This document shows, one piece after another, positions 30,239 to 38,906 of a stretch of 64,000 nucleotides of DNA. The DNA is from a virus: positions 16,754-80,753 of IMG/VR virus record IMGVR_UViG_3300008108_000033, one strand, 5' to 3'. The notes under the pieces were generated by a model. That model searched no databases. It was not told the origin of the DNA and worked only from the letters and a program-made list of their open reading frames with translations. How positions within the stretch are numbered: position 1 is the stretch's first letter; every line of letters begins with the position of its first letter. A program made the translations under genes and the position numbers.

Positions 30239-30760
30239 TTACTTGGACATGTCTTGGGGCTTCACATCTTTTTTGTCATTGTTGATGTCAATCTTCTTAG
30301 CTTGTTCATCAACAAAGTTTTTGATTGCGGATTGAATGTTGTCTCCGCTCTTTAGAATTGTTTGAATTGCTTTCATGTTTTCGTTGGTGCCTCTTTGAAA
30401 TCCCTGAGCATATCCTTGTTCATATTTCATTTCGCCAACGAAATCGGTTTGTTCAAGTCCGCGTTGATAGCCACTGTGCCAAATAGCACTGATTTCGTTT
30501 TCTTGCGGACGGGTGTTATGTATAACGGAAGCTATGCCGTCCACGCGGCCTTGCATTTTCGCAAATTCAAGTGCAGAAGTATCGTCGGCAAATCCATTTC
30601 TGCGACTCAGAATAAATTCTGCAATTTGGTCTTCGTTGATTTGGCTTCTTTTGGTTTCAACATCGAGTAAAAACTGCGTACGGGTGTTCTGATAATATTG
30701 CAGTCCGTTTCCTGCCAAGGAAGCCAACAGGATGCCGCCAATGATCGCAGCGCTCTTCAT
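30239..30760 (-). CDS. Membrane-anchored hypothetical protein with GxxxG repeats
   Basis: Start MKSAAIIGG after GAGG RBS; signal/TM segment; GYQRG..YEQGYAQGFQRG repeats. Confidence 0.6.
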   Translation of the reverse strand: MKSAAIIGGILLASLAGNGLQYYQNTRTQFLLDVETKRSQINEDQIAEFILSRRNGFADDTSALEFAKMQGRVDGIASVIHNTRPQENEISAIWHSGYQRGLEQTDFVGEMKYEQGYAQGFQRGTNENMKAIQTILKSGDNIQSAIKNFVDEQAKKIDINNDKKDVKPQDMSK

Positions 30761-30836
30761 TGTCAAGGTCCTCGTGAGATTCGTAAGAGGGTTTGAACAC
30801 AATAATCTTTACCAGAACAAAAATAAAAAACAAGTC

Positions 30837-31193
30837 TTATTTTGATTTTTTCCTAAGCATGGTTTTAGCTGGCTTGTACTCTATTTTCTGGAATTCATTT
30901 TGCATACCTGAAATTATTGGCGTAAGGGTGCTCGGTATTCCTTTGTAGCCTTTTCTTGTTAATCGAAGCACAAAGTCCTGATGATCTTTGAAATTTTCAA
31001 CGTAAAGCTGCCAATCCATAATCTTTTTGCTTTGCAAAATTTGAACTTTTTGCAGCACATGCAGAGGCATGCTTCCGTGAATTTGATTTATGTCATCAAC
31101 CATAATAGCTTCAGAAATTTTTGTTAGCGATGGTGCTACCGCGCACACCTCAACAGACTTTTTGTCTCTTCTTGCAAAATAAAGTACCTGCAT
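30837..31193 (-). CDS. Hypothetical protein
   Basis: 118-aa ORF co-oriented with the two downstream genes. Confidence 0.55.
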   Translation of the reverse strand: MQVLYFARRDKKSVEVCAVAPSLTKISEAIMVDDINQIHGSMPLHVLQKVQILQSKKIMDWQLYVENFKDHQDFVLRLTRKGYKGIPSTLTPIISGMQNEFQKIEYKPAKTMLRKKSK

Positions 31194-31211
31194 TATTTAC
31201 CACACAGCATT

Positions 31212-31907
31212 TTGAATAATTGTTCGAGAACTATGATAGACGTAGGGTCGTTTAAATCGAATTGTTTGAAAAACTCCTGCAATCCTTCTTCGACCTTGTC
31301 CATATTAACATTGGTTGGCTCAGACATGTATTTAATTTCCGATCTTTTGAAAATAAGGAAGTATCTCCCAATTATTTATACTGGGCACAGGGAAATAGTG
31401 GTTGCTAAATTAATTGTTTTAGTTGCAGGATTACGCAAAAAGCATGATATTAATTATTTTTTGGTTGTTAAAAATGAATTTCGCAGAAGTTTTCCATACA
31501 ACTTTGTAGTAAGCAAAGAAGATTTTGATGTCGCAAGTAGGAGCCTACCAAAGGTTTGTGTTTGCAAAGAGTTAGAAGGAGGAGATACGGTTTTTCAATT
31601 TGCAAAAGAAAATAAAATTGATTTATTTGTTAAAAATTCTGATTCCGAACAAAAAGGGGGCGTTTATTTTTATGGCACTCCACAAGACTATAAAGAAGCA
31701 ACCAAAAAATTTAGTTCTAATTTACTTAGAAATGCTGTAATCACAGATTCTCTTGTTGATTGTGCTGATAAAGCTAAAGTTGTAATTGGAAAAGAAAGCG
31801 CGGGATTAGTGGCTTGTGGTTATTTGGGCAAAATAATAAGAATAATACCAGAAGGAACTATTAATTCCTTCCAAATGATGTTCCCAGACTCAAAATTACT
31901 CGAATAG
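31212..31907 (+). CDS. Degenerate GT9-like glycosyltransferase-fold protein
   Basis: C-terminal DKAKVVIGKESAGLVACGYLGK resembles the GT9 motif ADLVIGNDSGxxHxAAALGxP. Start codon uncertain. Confidence 0.4.
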   Translation: MNNCSRTMIDVGSFKSNCLKNSCNPSSTLSILTLVGSDMYLISDLLKIRKYLPIIYTGHREIVVAKLIVLVAGLRKKHDINYFLVVKNEFRRSFPYNFVVSKEDFDVASRSLPKVCVCKELEGGDTVFQFAKENKIDLFVKNSDSEQKGGVYFYGTPQDYKEATKKFSSNLLRNAVITDSLVDCADKAKVVIGKESAGLVACGYLGKIIRIIPEGTINSFQMMFPDSKLLE

Positions 31908-31962
31908 CATAATATATAAAATACGCTGGTGTTGCATAAATATTCTAGACAAAGGAGATGCC

Positions 31963-32556
31963 ATGAGTGTTTTTCAGGTTAATTTAAACAATCAATATCA
32001 GGGCTACTTAGACATAGATCCCCAGACTGGGATTGAATTTGAAGTAGACTATAACAACCCCTCTATTCAGAGGAAGATGTATGTAGCTGGACCGAATGGC
32101 GAAAATCTTGAATTTAGCGATGGTCAGATATTTACCGATTGCAATTATTGGAAGAGATTTGCTTATCCGCAGGTACCTTTAACGCAGGCTTTCATTACAG
32201 TTCTTTCAGATGATGGATCTATTTGGAGCAACAACCCAGCGGAAAACAACTATCCTGTCGTTTATGCCGACACTTTGGCTGCTGCAGGTTCCTACTCTAT
32301 CGATTTCACTAACAATGGTGGATTTGCCAGCTTCTGTCAGATTTCCAATACTGGTGGTGGTGATTTGACAGTGGAATTGAACGGATTGGCAAGTGCTAGC
32401 ATAGCGCTATCTGCAGGACAAACACAGATTTTCAACTATGGCGACTTGTCTCTAACAGCACTTAACTTGACAAGCGTTGCAGGAACAACTTTCCAAGTAA
32501 TCGCTGGTGTTCAGGTAACTTGCAGCCCGATCGTTACGTCCTTCGTAAATAACTAA
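31963..32556 (+). CDS. Putative virion structural protein
   Basis: Strong AAGGAG RBS; beta-rich S/T/N/G composition with a C-terminal jelly-roll-like pattern. Confidence 0.5.
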   Translation: MSVFQVNLNNQYQGYLDIDPQTGIEFEVDYNNPSIQRKMYVAGPNGENLEFSDGQIFTDCNYWKRFAYPQVPLTQAFITVLSDDGSIWSNNPAENNYPVVYADTLAAAGSYSIDFTNNGGFASFCQISNTGGGDLTVELNGLASASIALSAGQTQIFNYGDLSLTALNLTSVAGTTFQVIAGVQVTCSPIVTSFVNN

Positions 32557-32576
32557 TACAAAAATAAAACACTATA

Positions 32577-32606
32577 ATAGGGGCAGAGGAATATCTCTGC
32601 CCCTAT
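32577..32606 (+). promoter_or_regulatory. Perfect 12-bp hairpin covering the RBS and start codon of the GT9 gene
   Basis: ATAGGGGCAGAG (32577-32588) pairs with CTCTGCCCCTAT (32595-32606); the ATG is at 32605. Confidence 0.6.
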
Positions 32607-33546
32607 GTTTTTTAAGAACAAATCTAAAGAAATTACCCTGCAAAAGTTCAGGGAAATTCAAAACAAGATATGCATTTATCGCGGCATAGGCGGTCTTGGC
32701 GACATTATTGCCATGAGAATGATATTTGAAGATTTGAAAAATCAATATCCTGAATTCGAAATTACTTGGGCTGTGCCATTTGCTTTATTTGCCGCTGCTG
32801 AACAACATCCATTTGTTGATTCCTTGATACATCTAGATTCATATAACAAACATGACTATTTGGAAACATATGATATAACAACTATATGCGGAAAGCAGGA
32901 GGCAATAAATAAAAAGGGGCCATGGAAAAACCGGTCTGATATTTGGGCAGAGTACTTTGGTCTTAAACTAGAAAATCACAATCTACACATGCCAAGATAT
33001 CCTAATCATCATAAAAATGTATTGCAGAGGATAAAAAAGCTCGGATGGGACGGAAATAAAAAACTTGTCGCGTTTTGCCCTAGATCTGCAATCTCGCTCA
33101 AAAACATGACTTTTGAGCAAATACAAGCAGTAAAAGAAATGACTAAAGATTTCTTTTTGTTTGGACTGCATCACGCGCCACTATTAGAATTTGACAACTT
33201 AAAAATACCGGCTGTTTATAACTTTACGCTTCATGAGTGCCTAGCATCCATAGAAATATCTGATTTTGTGATAGCAACTGATACTGGACTTATGCATGTC
33301 GCTGCTGGATATAAGAAACCTACTCTGGCAACATTTAGCTTTGTAGACGGTGAAACATATTGTAAATACTATGAAACGGTGCAGGTTGTTCAGCTACACA
33401 TGCATAATATAGAAAATTGGTGCGGGCCGTGCTACGATTATCCTAGATGTCCACACTCAAAAATTCCGAATGTAAAACCATGTCAGACAGAAATTACTCC
33501 AAAAATGTTGCAAGAAAATTGGGCAAAATTATTAAATAGAGTATAG
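32605..33546 (+). CDS. Glycosyltransferase family 9 (heptosyltransferase-like)
   Basis: GGLGDII, DFVIATDTGLMHVAAGYKKPTL and C-terminal CGPC..C...CQTEITP motifs. Confidence 0.85.
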   Translation: MFFKNKSKEITLQKFREIQNKICIYRGIGGLGDIIAMRMIFEDLKNQYPEFEITWAVPFALFAAAEQHPFVDSLIHLDSYNKHDYLETYDITTICGKQEAINKKGPWKNRSDIWAEYFGLKLENHNLHMPRYPNHHKNVLQRIKKLGWDGNKKLVAFCPRSAISLKNMTFEQIQAVKEMTKDFFLFGLHHAPLLEFDNLKIPAVYNFTLHECLASIEISDFVIATDTGLMHVAAGYKKPTLATFSFVDGETYCKYYETVQVVQLHMHNIENWCGPCYDYPRCPHSKIPNVKPCQTEITPKMLQENWAKLLNRV

Positions 33547-33564
33547 TATTTACTGTAATATCAT

Positions 33565-33804
33565 ATGGCCATACTTATTGATCCTAACAATGTGAAAGTG
33601 ATTAGTCAAAATGGACAAGTCACATTAGCCCTCCAGATTGAATTAAATATCAATCTGAATGGAAATATCACTGCGCAGGAACAATCTTCTAGCTCTAACA
33701 ATTTTAAAGCTTCTTCTTCGCCAATCAAAAATGCGGCAGATGAAGAAGCTGCTTGGCTAGTACCAGATTTTAACTCCAAAGAAAAGGTAAAATTTGGGAA
33801 ATGA
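33565..33804 (+). CDS. Small protein, first gene of the actin operon
   Basis: 79 aa with beta-strand-like N-terminus, Ser-rich linker and aromatic C-terminal tail; preceded by the ACTGTAATA motif. Confidence 0.55.
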   Translation: MAILIDPNNVKVISQNGQVTLALQIELNINLNGNITAQEQSSSSNNFKASSSPIKNAADEEAAWLVPDFNSKEKVKFGK

Positions 33805-33851
33805 GAGGATCATACGGTAATAACAGTACAAAAAAAGAGAGAGGCAAAACT

Positions 33852-34865
33852 ATGGCAGTTTCAGTTGACGTAGGTACTTATACTTTAGTCTCTTGCAAAA
33901 GAGATGCAGATAAGAACTTTGTATTCAAAAAGGAAATCAACGCCTTTCTTGAATTACCATTAGAGAATAGATTTGTTTTCAATATGATGAAACAGGCCGG
34001 TGTGCCACTAATTGAACGTGAAAAACTAGCATACGCTCTCGGTGAAGCTGCAGTGAACATGGCGTATACTCTTCCTACTCTAGAGCTCAAAAGGCCCATG
34101 AAGGATGGTTGCGTCAATCCCAAAGAAAAAGACGCTTTTCAAATTATGTCTATCATGCTTCACTCTTTGATAGACCCAATTTCAAGAGATGGCGAAACAC
34201 TTTACTACTGCGTACCGGCTAATGCAATAAATCAGGAAACTGACGCGGATTATCATCAAAAGGTTGTTGAATCCATTTTCCGAAGCTATCAATCCGACGA
34301 AGGATATAGGGTCAATCCCAAACCAATTAATGAAGCTTTGGCTTTGGTATATGCCGAGTTGCAGAACAAGATGTTCACTGGAGTTGGTATTAGTTGCGGG
34401 GGCGGCATGGTAAACGTTTGCTACGCTATGTATGGCAACCCAATTTTTCAATTCGCAATAGTGAATAGCGGAGATTGGATCGATAAACAGGCAGCCAAAG
34501 CTACCGGCGAATCACCAACTTTTATAAACAAAGAAAAAATGAAAGTGGATTTAACAAAAGATCCTAAAACTTTAGTCGAAAGAGCAATCATTACGCAATA
34601 CCGCCTAATGATAGAAAAAACAATTACCGGAATTAGAGACGGACTTGCGTCCGCAAAACAGTCCGTTAAATCAGAACACCCAGTTGACTTTGTGGTCGCT
34701 GGTGGAACAAGCATGGCCACTGGGTTCGTTGAGATTTTCACTGAAACTTTGAAACAGGCCAACTTGAGCATCCCAGTGGGAGACGTAATCAGACCTGCAG
34801 AGCCGCTTTATAGCGTTGCAAAAGGGTGTCTGATTGCGGCTGAAGCAGCGGACGCAGGAACGTAA
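33852..34865 (+). CDS. Actin-family ATPase, volactin-like
   Basis: Phosphate-1 VDVGT, PINEALAL connect motif, phosphate-2 GISCGGGMVNV, adenosine VVAGGTS and C-terminal EPLYSVAKG. GAGG RBS at 33841. Confidence 0.88.
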   Translation: MAVSVDVGTYTLVSCKRDADKNFVFKKEINAFLELPLENRFVFNMMKQAGVPLIEREKLAYALGEAAVNMAYTLPTLELKRPMKDGCVNPKEKDAFQIMSIMLHSLIDPISRDGETLYYCVPANAINQETDADYHQKVVESIFRSYQSDEGYRVNPKPINEALALVYAELQNKMFTGVGISCGGGMVNVCYAMYGNPIFQFAIVNSGDWIDKQAAKATGESPTFINKEKMKVDLTKDPKTLVERAIITQYRLMIEKTITGIRDGLASAKQSVKSEHPVDFVVAGGTSMATGFVEIFTETLKQANLSIPVGDVIRPAEPLYSVAKGCLIAAEAADAGT

Positions 34866-34880
34866 GAAAGCGAGAATTGA

Positions 34881-35336
34881 ATGTCAAATAATAATATTCA
34901 AAGGTCGGTCCACGACTTAGGAGTGGCCGCGTTTATACTTATGCAGGCTTTTCCTTTGGCAGGCAGAAAAGACAAAACATTTATCTTTTCTGTTCCAAAA
35001 GACAAGGTTAAAGAGTTCGAGGATAATAAAACCGCATATCTTTTCAGCGAATTTCATTACTTCGATCATTGCCTTATGGGGCTCAAAAAACTAGAAGAAT
35101 ACCCATTTAGTATAAATTCAAACAAGTTTGTTACTGACTTAGGGGCAGCTGCCTTTTTGCTTATGCACAAATTTAAGCTTATAGGCAAGAAAGGCCGCGC
35201 ATACTATTTTGAATGCAATACCAAGGAAGACGAGCAACAATTCGATGAATTAAATTTGCAATACGCGTCTTCTGTATTCCACGATTTCGATAGTAAACTC
35301 ATGAGTTTGAAAAAGATTGGTGAATTCAGTAGATAA
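34881..35336 (+). CDS. Tandem two-repeat protein (DUF5659-like)
   Basis: Two ~70-aa repeats: HDLGVAAFILM...FDHCLMGLKKL and TDLGAAAFLLM...FDSKLMSLKKI. Confidence 0.6.
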   Translation: MSNNNIQRSVHDLGVAAFILMQAFPLAGRKDKTFIFSVPKDKVKEFEDNKTAYLFSEFHYFDHCLMGLKKLEEYPFSINSNKFVTDLGAAAFLLMHKFKLIGKKGRAYYFECNTKEDEQQFDELNLQYASSVFHDFDSKLMSLKKIGEFSR

Positions 35337-35368
35337 GTTAATAAATACCTGTTGAGGTTTATCAATAA

Positions 35369-36358
35369 ATGCACAGGTCTGAAACTATTACAGAAGCAAT
35401 AGGCGTATGCGCAAGTCCTAAACAATTTGCTGCTATGGTTTCTAATATTGAAAAAATAGTTCACGACAACATAAAAAAACTAGAATTAGAACTCAAGCTT
35501 GCCAATCGCACTGTTCCAAAAAGAGGAATATTCGATAGAATGAAAAACTGGTGGTATAACATGTTATACGGCCATTCAAACGTAAGCAATCCTTATTACA
35601 ACCGTAACAAATTGGGATACTGGGGCACGCCTAGCAAAAAGAATGAGATGACTCTGCATGAGTACACTTTGCTAAAAAAGAATGCAGACCTATTTGAGCG
35701 CTATTTTGATTCTGGCAGGATTGCACTTGATGATATGCTTGATAGTTGGACTCGCGATTTGATGAGCGATGTAAATAAATATTTACAACAATTTGCTTTA
35801 AATCATTTTAGAGAAATGCCTACTAAAATTAAAAATAGGCCAGAAAAAATAGCAGAACCAGCTGCCACAGTTGGCGAAAGACCAATTAGAAGACGAGTAA
35901 AACCTTTAAGAACAGCTGATGTACAGCCAGCGGCTACAGACCAAGAAGTACCTGACTCATCCGGCGAAGAGGCAGGCGGGTTTGAAAATATATCTGCTGA
36001 TTCTCCTCAAGTAGCCGCGCCAGTAGCCGAACCAGAAATGGCAGCAGCAGTTGCCCCTCCTGTGGGAGAAGAACCAGCAGCATCTGGAACTGCTCCTCCT
36101 GTCACTGGCGATGTTAGTGGCGCTGAGGCCAGAAGGGCAAGTGCTGCCGAAAGAAGGAAATTAGAAAAAAGTAAATTCGATCCTCTGAATAATCCAGCCC
36201 ACGCCGGATTAACACTCGGTGTTACAGATAAAAAGTTAAAAGAATCATTCAAAGCGGAATTTGATAAAACAACTTTATATGAAAGAACAATAATTTGTTT
36301 AGATAAATTAAGGGAAATCAAAGACCAAACATTTTCTGCAGTTCTTCAAGGTTCTTAG
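35369..36358 (+). CDS. Hypothetical protein with disordered Ala/Pro/Glu-rich C-terminal half
   Basis: 329-aa ORF; amphipathic segment GIFDRMKNWWYNML. Confidence 0.6.
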   Translation: MHRSETITEAIGVCASPKQFAAMVSNIEKIVHDNIKKLELELKLANRTVPKRGIFDRMKNWWYNMLYGHSNVSNPYYNRNKLGYWGTPSKKNEMTLHEYTLLKKNADLFERYFDSGRIALDDMLDSWTRDLMSDVNKYLQQFALNHFREMPTKIKNRPEKIAEPAATVGERPIRRRVKPLRTADVQPAATDQEVPDSSGEEAGGFENISADSPQVAAPVAEPEMAAAVAPPVGEEPAASGTAPPVTGDVSGAEARRASAAERRKLEKSKFDPLNNPAHAGLTLGVTDKKLKESFKAEFDKTTLYERTIICLDKLREIKDQTFSAVLQGS

Positions 36359-36644
36359 GCGATTCAACTTTTTCTTCTTCAACAATTTCTTGTTTTTCTG
36401 GGTCCTCCGTTATTACTTGCTCTTCCGCTATAGAAATAATTTTATCGTGATAGATAAAATTTTTACATCCTGTTTGTATGTGTTTAAACCAAAATCCGAA
36501 TTCATTTATGGCGCTAACTTTTCCCACGAAATAATCAATCATGTGTGTTTCATCAAATTTTCTATTGATGGATGGAACAATAAATGTGACAACTTTGTCT
36601 AAAAAATAATTCAAAGATTCTATCTGTTCAGCGCTAATTTTCAT
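36318..36644 (-). CDS. Hypothetical protein, possible Sm/LSm-like fold
   Basis: FLDKVVTF...FVGKVSAINEFG...FIYHDKIISI strand pattern; coupled to the primase gene. Confidence 0.4.
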   Translation of the reverse strand: MKISAEQIESLNYFLDKVVTFIVPSINRKFDETHMIDYFVGKVSAINEFGFWFKHIQTGCKNFIYHDKIISIAEEQVITEDPEKQEIVEEEKVESPKNLEELQKMFGL

Positions 36645-37630
36645 GCTAATTCCGCCTTTTTGATATTGTGATGTAAGTAACCTAGTAAAATTTTATCATC
36701 ATAGGAAGAATAAAGAGCATTCCAGTCTTTAGTAACTTCTGGAGGTCTAGCTTCCATTAAGTCAGAAGCAAATCTGTTGTATTGCATAAGGCGATTGTAT
36801 GCCAAATTTCTAGCGGCATCTCCTGCTGCATCTGCGTCGAAGCAAACAACTATTCTGTAGTTTGATAAGATTATTGATTGTTTTTCACTTATGTTCTTGC
36901 CGCCGCATGCAGCGCCTTTTAATCCACACAAATGCAAACTATATGCGTCAAACTCACCTTCGCACAAAAATACAGTATCACCATAATCTGGAAATCTTGG
37001 GAAATATATCACGTCTTCTTTGCCAACACCGATTTCTTTTTCTGGTCCTTTGTACTTTGGATGAGCATTCCCCATAAATCTTCCGTTGAAATAAACTAAC
37101 TTTTTAGATGAGTTGTAATAAGGTATGATTATTCTGTTCTCATACTTGCCTGCTGTACACACGAAAAAATCGTCTGTCGGTATCTTTCTGGCTTTCAAAT
37201 AATCTACAGCCCGTTCATGGTAAGATATCGGAGATTTGTTTATTTCGTATGCGTAAGGCGGAAAAGACAATATTTTTTGTTCTTTTTCGTAATCTAAATC
37301 GCTTCTAGAGTCATCGAATTGAATATCAAAGTCAGTTTCTTCCAACAAAGGCCTATCAGTCTTCTCTATTCCTAATGTTTCCATGGCTTTTGCGCGTGTA
37401 CATTTATCAACCTCCATGACCAAAGATACAAGAGTGCCTTTTTTTTCTGTTTTCCAGCAATGATAAACGCCATGCTTTACGCGATTTTTACCACCACTTG
37501 GATTACACCAAAGCTTTTTTTTGCCATCTTCAGTAAAAATTGAATTTATAAGTATTTCATTGCCTTTTGGTTCTACTGTCGGGAAACGGCTTTGTGCCCA
37601 AGCCAGAAAATTTGAATAAAGATCAGACAT
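36641..37630 (-). CDS. dnaG: DNA primase (Toprim; T4 gp61/DnaG-like)
   Basis: YLKARKI, NRIIIPY...YFNGR, PKY, LCEGEFDA, FDADAAG and KDWN motifs. Confidence 0.9.
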   Translation of the reverse strand: MSDLYSNFLAWAQSRFPTVEPKGNEILINSIFTEDGKKKLWCNPSGGKNRVKHGVYHCWKTEKKGTLVSLVMEVDKCTRAKAMETLGIEKTDRPLLEETDFDIQFDDSRSDLDYEKEQKILSFPPYAYEINKSPISYHERAVDYLKARKIPTDDFFVCTAGKYENRIIIPYYNSSKKLVYFNGRFMGNAHPKYKGPEKEIGVGKEDVIYFPRFPDYGDTVFLCEGEFDAYSLHLCGLKGAACGGKNISEKQSIILSNYRIVVCFDADAAGDAARNLAYNRLMQYNRFASDLMEARPPEVTKDWNALYSSYDDKILLGYLHHNIKKAELA

Positions 37631-37651
37631 GATATGTCCCTATAATAATAC

Positions 37652-38419
37652 ATGCACATCGAACATCTTAGCGTTAGTCGCAGCGGTTGCTTTGACCAAT
37701 GCAAACAACAGTACAAATTCAGATATCACCTAAAAGTGGTTCCGAATCGACCTGAGCAATTATATTTTACTTACGGCAAGCTTGTCCATACAGCTGCTGA
37801 AATTTTTGTCGAGTCAAAGGGCCAAAAGCCAATACGAGAAATTGTAAGTGACTTGCTGCAAGGGAGAATTGAATTTGACGGCAGCGATAATGTCTGCCGC
37901 TTAGACGAATCATATTTCAAAAAACTTTATGAACATATTGGCTTTATCGAAAGATTTACGCAAAAAGTCGGATTTGATGGAGAGATAGAACATGAAATCA
38001 AGTACGATCTGGACCCACCTAACAACAAAATATTTTTAGGATACATCGATAGACTTATAGTAAGAGATAATCAGGCAATAATTATTGATTACAAAACATC
38101 AAAAAATAATAAATGGAGAAAAAATAAAGTTTCAATAAAAAAAGATTTACAACTAAACGCCTACGCGCTGTATGTACATGAAAAATTCAACATCGCCCCA
38201 GAAAATATTCAAGCTGCTTTGGTTTACTTGGAAGAACCACAGGTAGTAAGCACAAATTTCAATAAACAAGGGTTGCAATTGACGAAACAAATACTTAAAA
38301 ATAGTTATTATGCAATCGAGGAGTTCGATGCTTCCAAAGTCAAAGGAAACGTCGGATATCATTGCAAGAGGTGCGACTATTCAGATCAGTGCCCGTTTTT
38401 TGATGACAGCATGTTTTAG
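37652..38419 (+). CDS. PD-(D/E)XK nuclease (RecB/Cas4-like, probable Fe-S cluster)
   Basis: LSVSR..CFDQC, GKLVH, GYIDRL..IIDYKTS, QLNAYA and C-terminal CKRCDYSDQC. Confidence 0.88.
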   Translation: MHIEHLSVSRSGCFDQCKQQYKFRYHLKVVPNRPEQLYFTYGKLVHTAAEIFVESKGQKPIREIVSDLLQGRIEFDGSDNVCRLDESYFKKLYEHIGFIERFTQKVGFDGEIEHEIKYDLDPPNNKIFLGYIDRLIVRDNQAIIIDYKTSKNNKWRKNKVSIKKDLQLNAYALYVHEKFNIAPENIQAALVYLEEPQVVSTNFNKQGLQLTKQILKNSYYAIEEFDASKVKGNVGYHCKRCDYSDQCPFFDDSMF

Positions 38420-38426
38420 GTGACAC

Positions 38427-38906
38427 ATGTTAAGTAAATACAAGTTTTTCATTTACAACCATCTTATTTTCTTGAATGAAAATCAAAGGTACGATTTATT
38501 TGCATGTGTCCCAGTAACTGCCATGGGCGTAATGATGAAAGCCCAAATTAGCCCAAGAGATTTTGAAGCTCAAAGCATTCAAGAGATTTTTTGCGATTAC
38601 ATTATCGATTGTAATGCTGCAGAAAATGCCATAGAAACGCGCAAAAATAAGGTTTTAATCCATCTTCCCAATCAATCAAGCATGGATGACTTTCCAATGC
38701 CTTTTCAGCCGAAAAACTTGGAAAAATATGATTTGTACGACCTCCTTAACAGAAGTGAGGGAGGTCGCGAAGAACTTTTCTATGAAACTATAAGCGAAGA
38801 TTACGACAGAAGAATTAAATCATTTCATAAAGTTGAAATTAAAGACGAAAAAAGCTTTTACGAAAGTATGGAATTCGTAAAATTTAACATGTCCCAAGTG
38901 ACATAG
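38427..38906 (+). CDS. Hypothetical protein
   Basis: 159-aa ORF directly after the nuclease gene. Confidence 0.55.
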   Translation: MLSKYKFFIYNHLIFLNENQRYDLFACVPVTAMGVMMKAQISPRDFEAQSIQEIFCDYIIDCNAAENAIETRKNKVLIHLPNQSSMDDFPMPFQPKNLEKYDLYDLLNRSEGGREELFYETISEDYDRRIKSFHKVEIKDEKSFYESMEFVKFNMSQVT

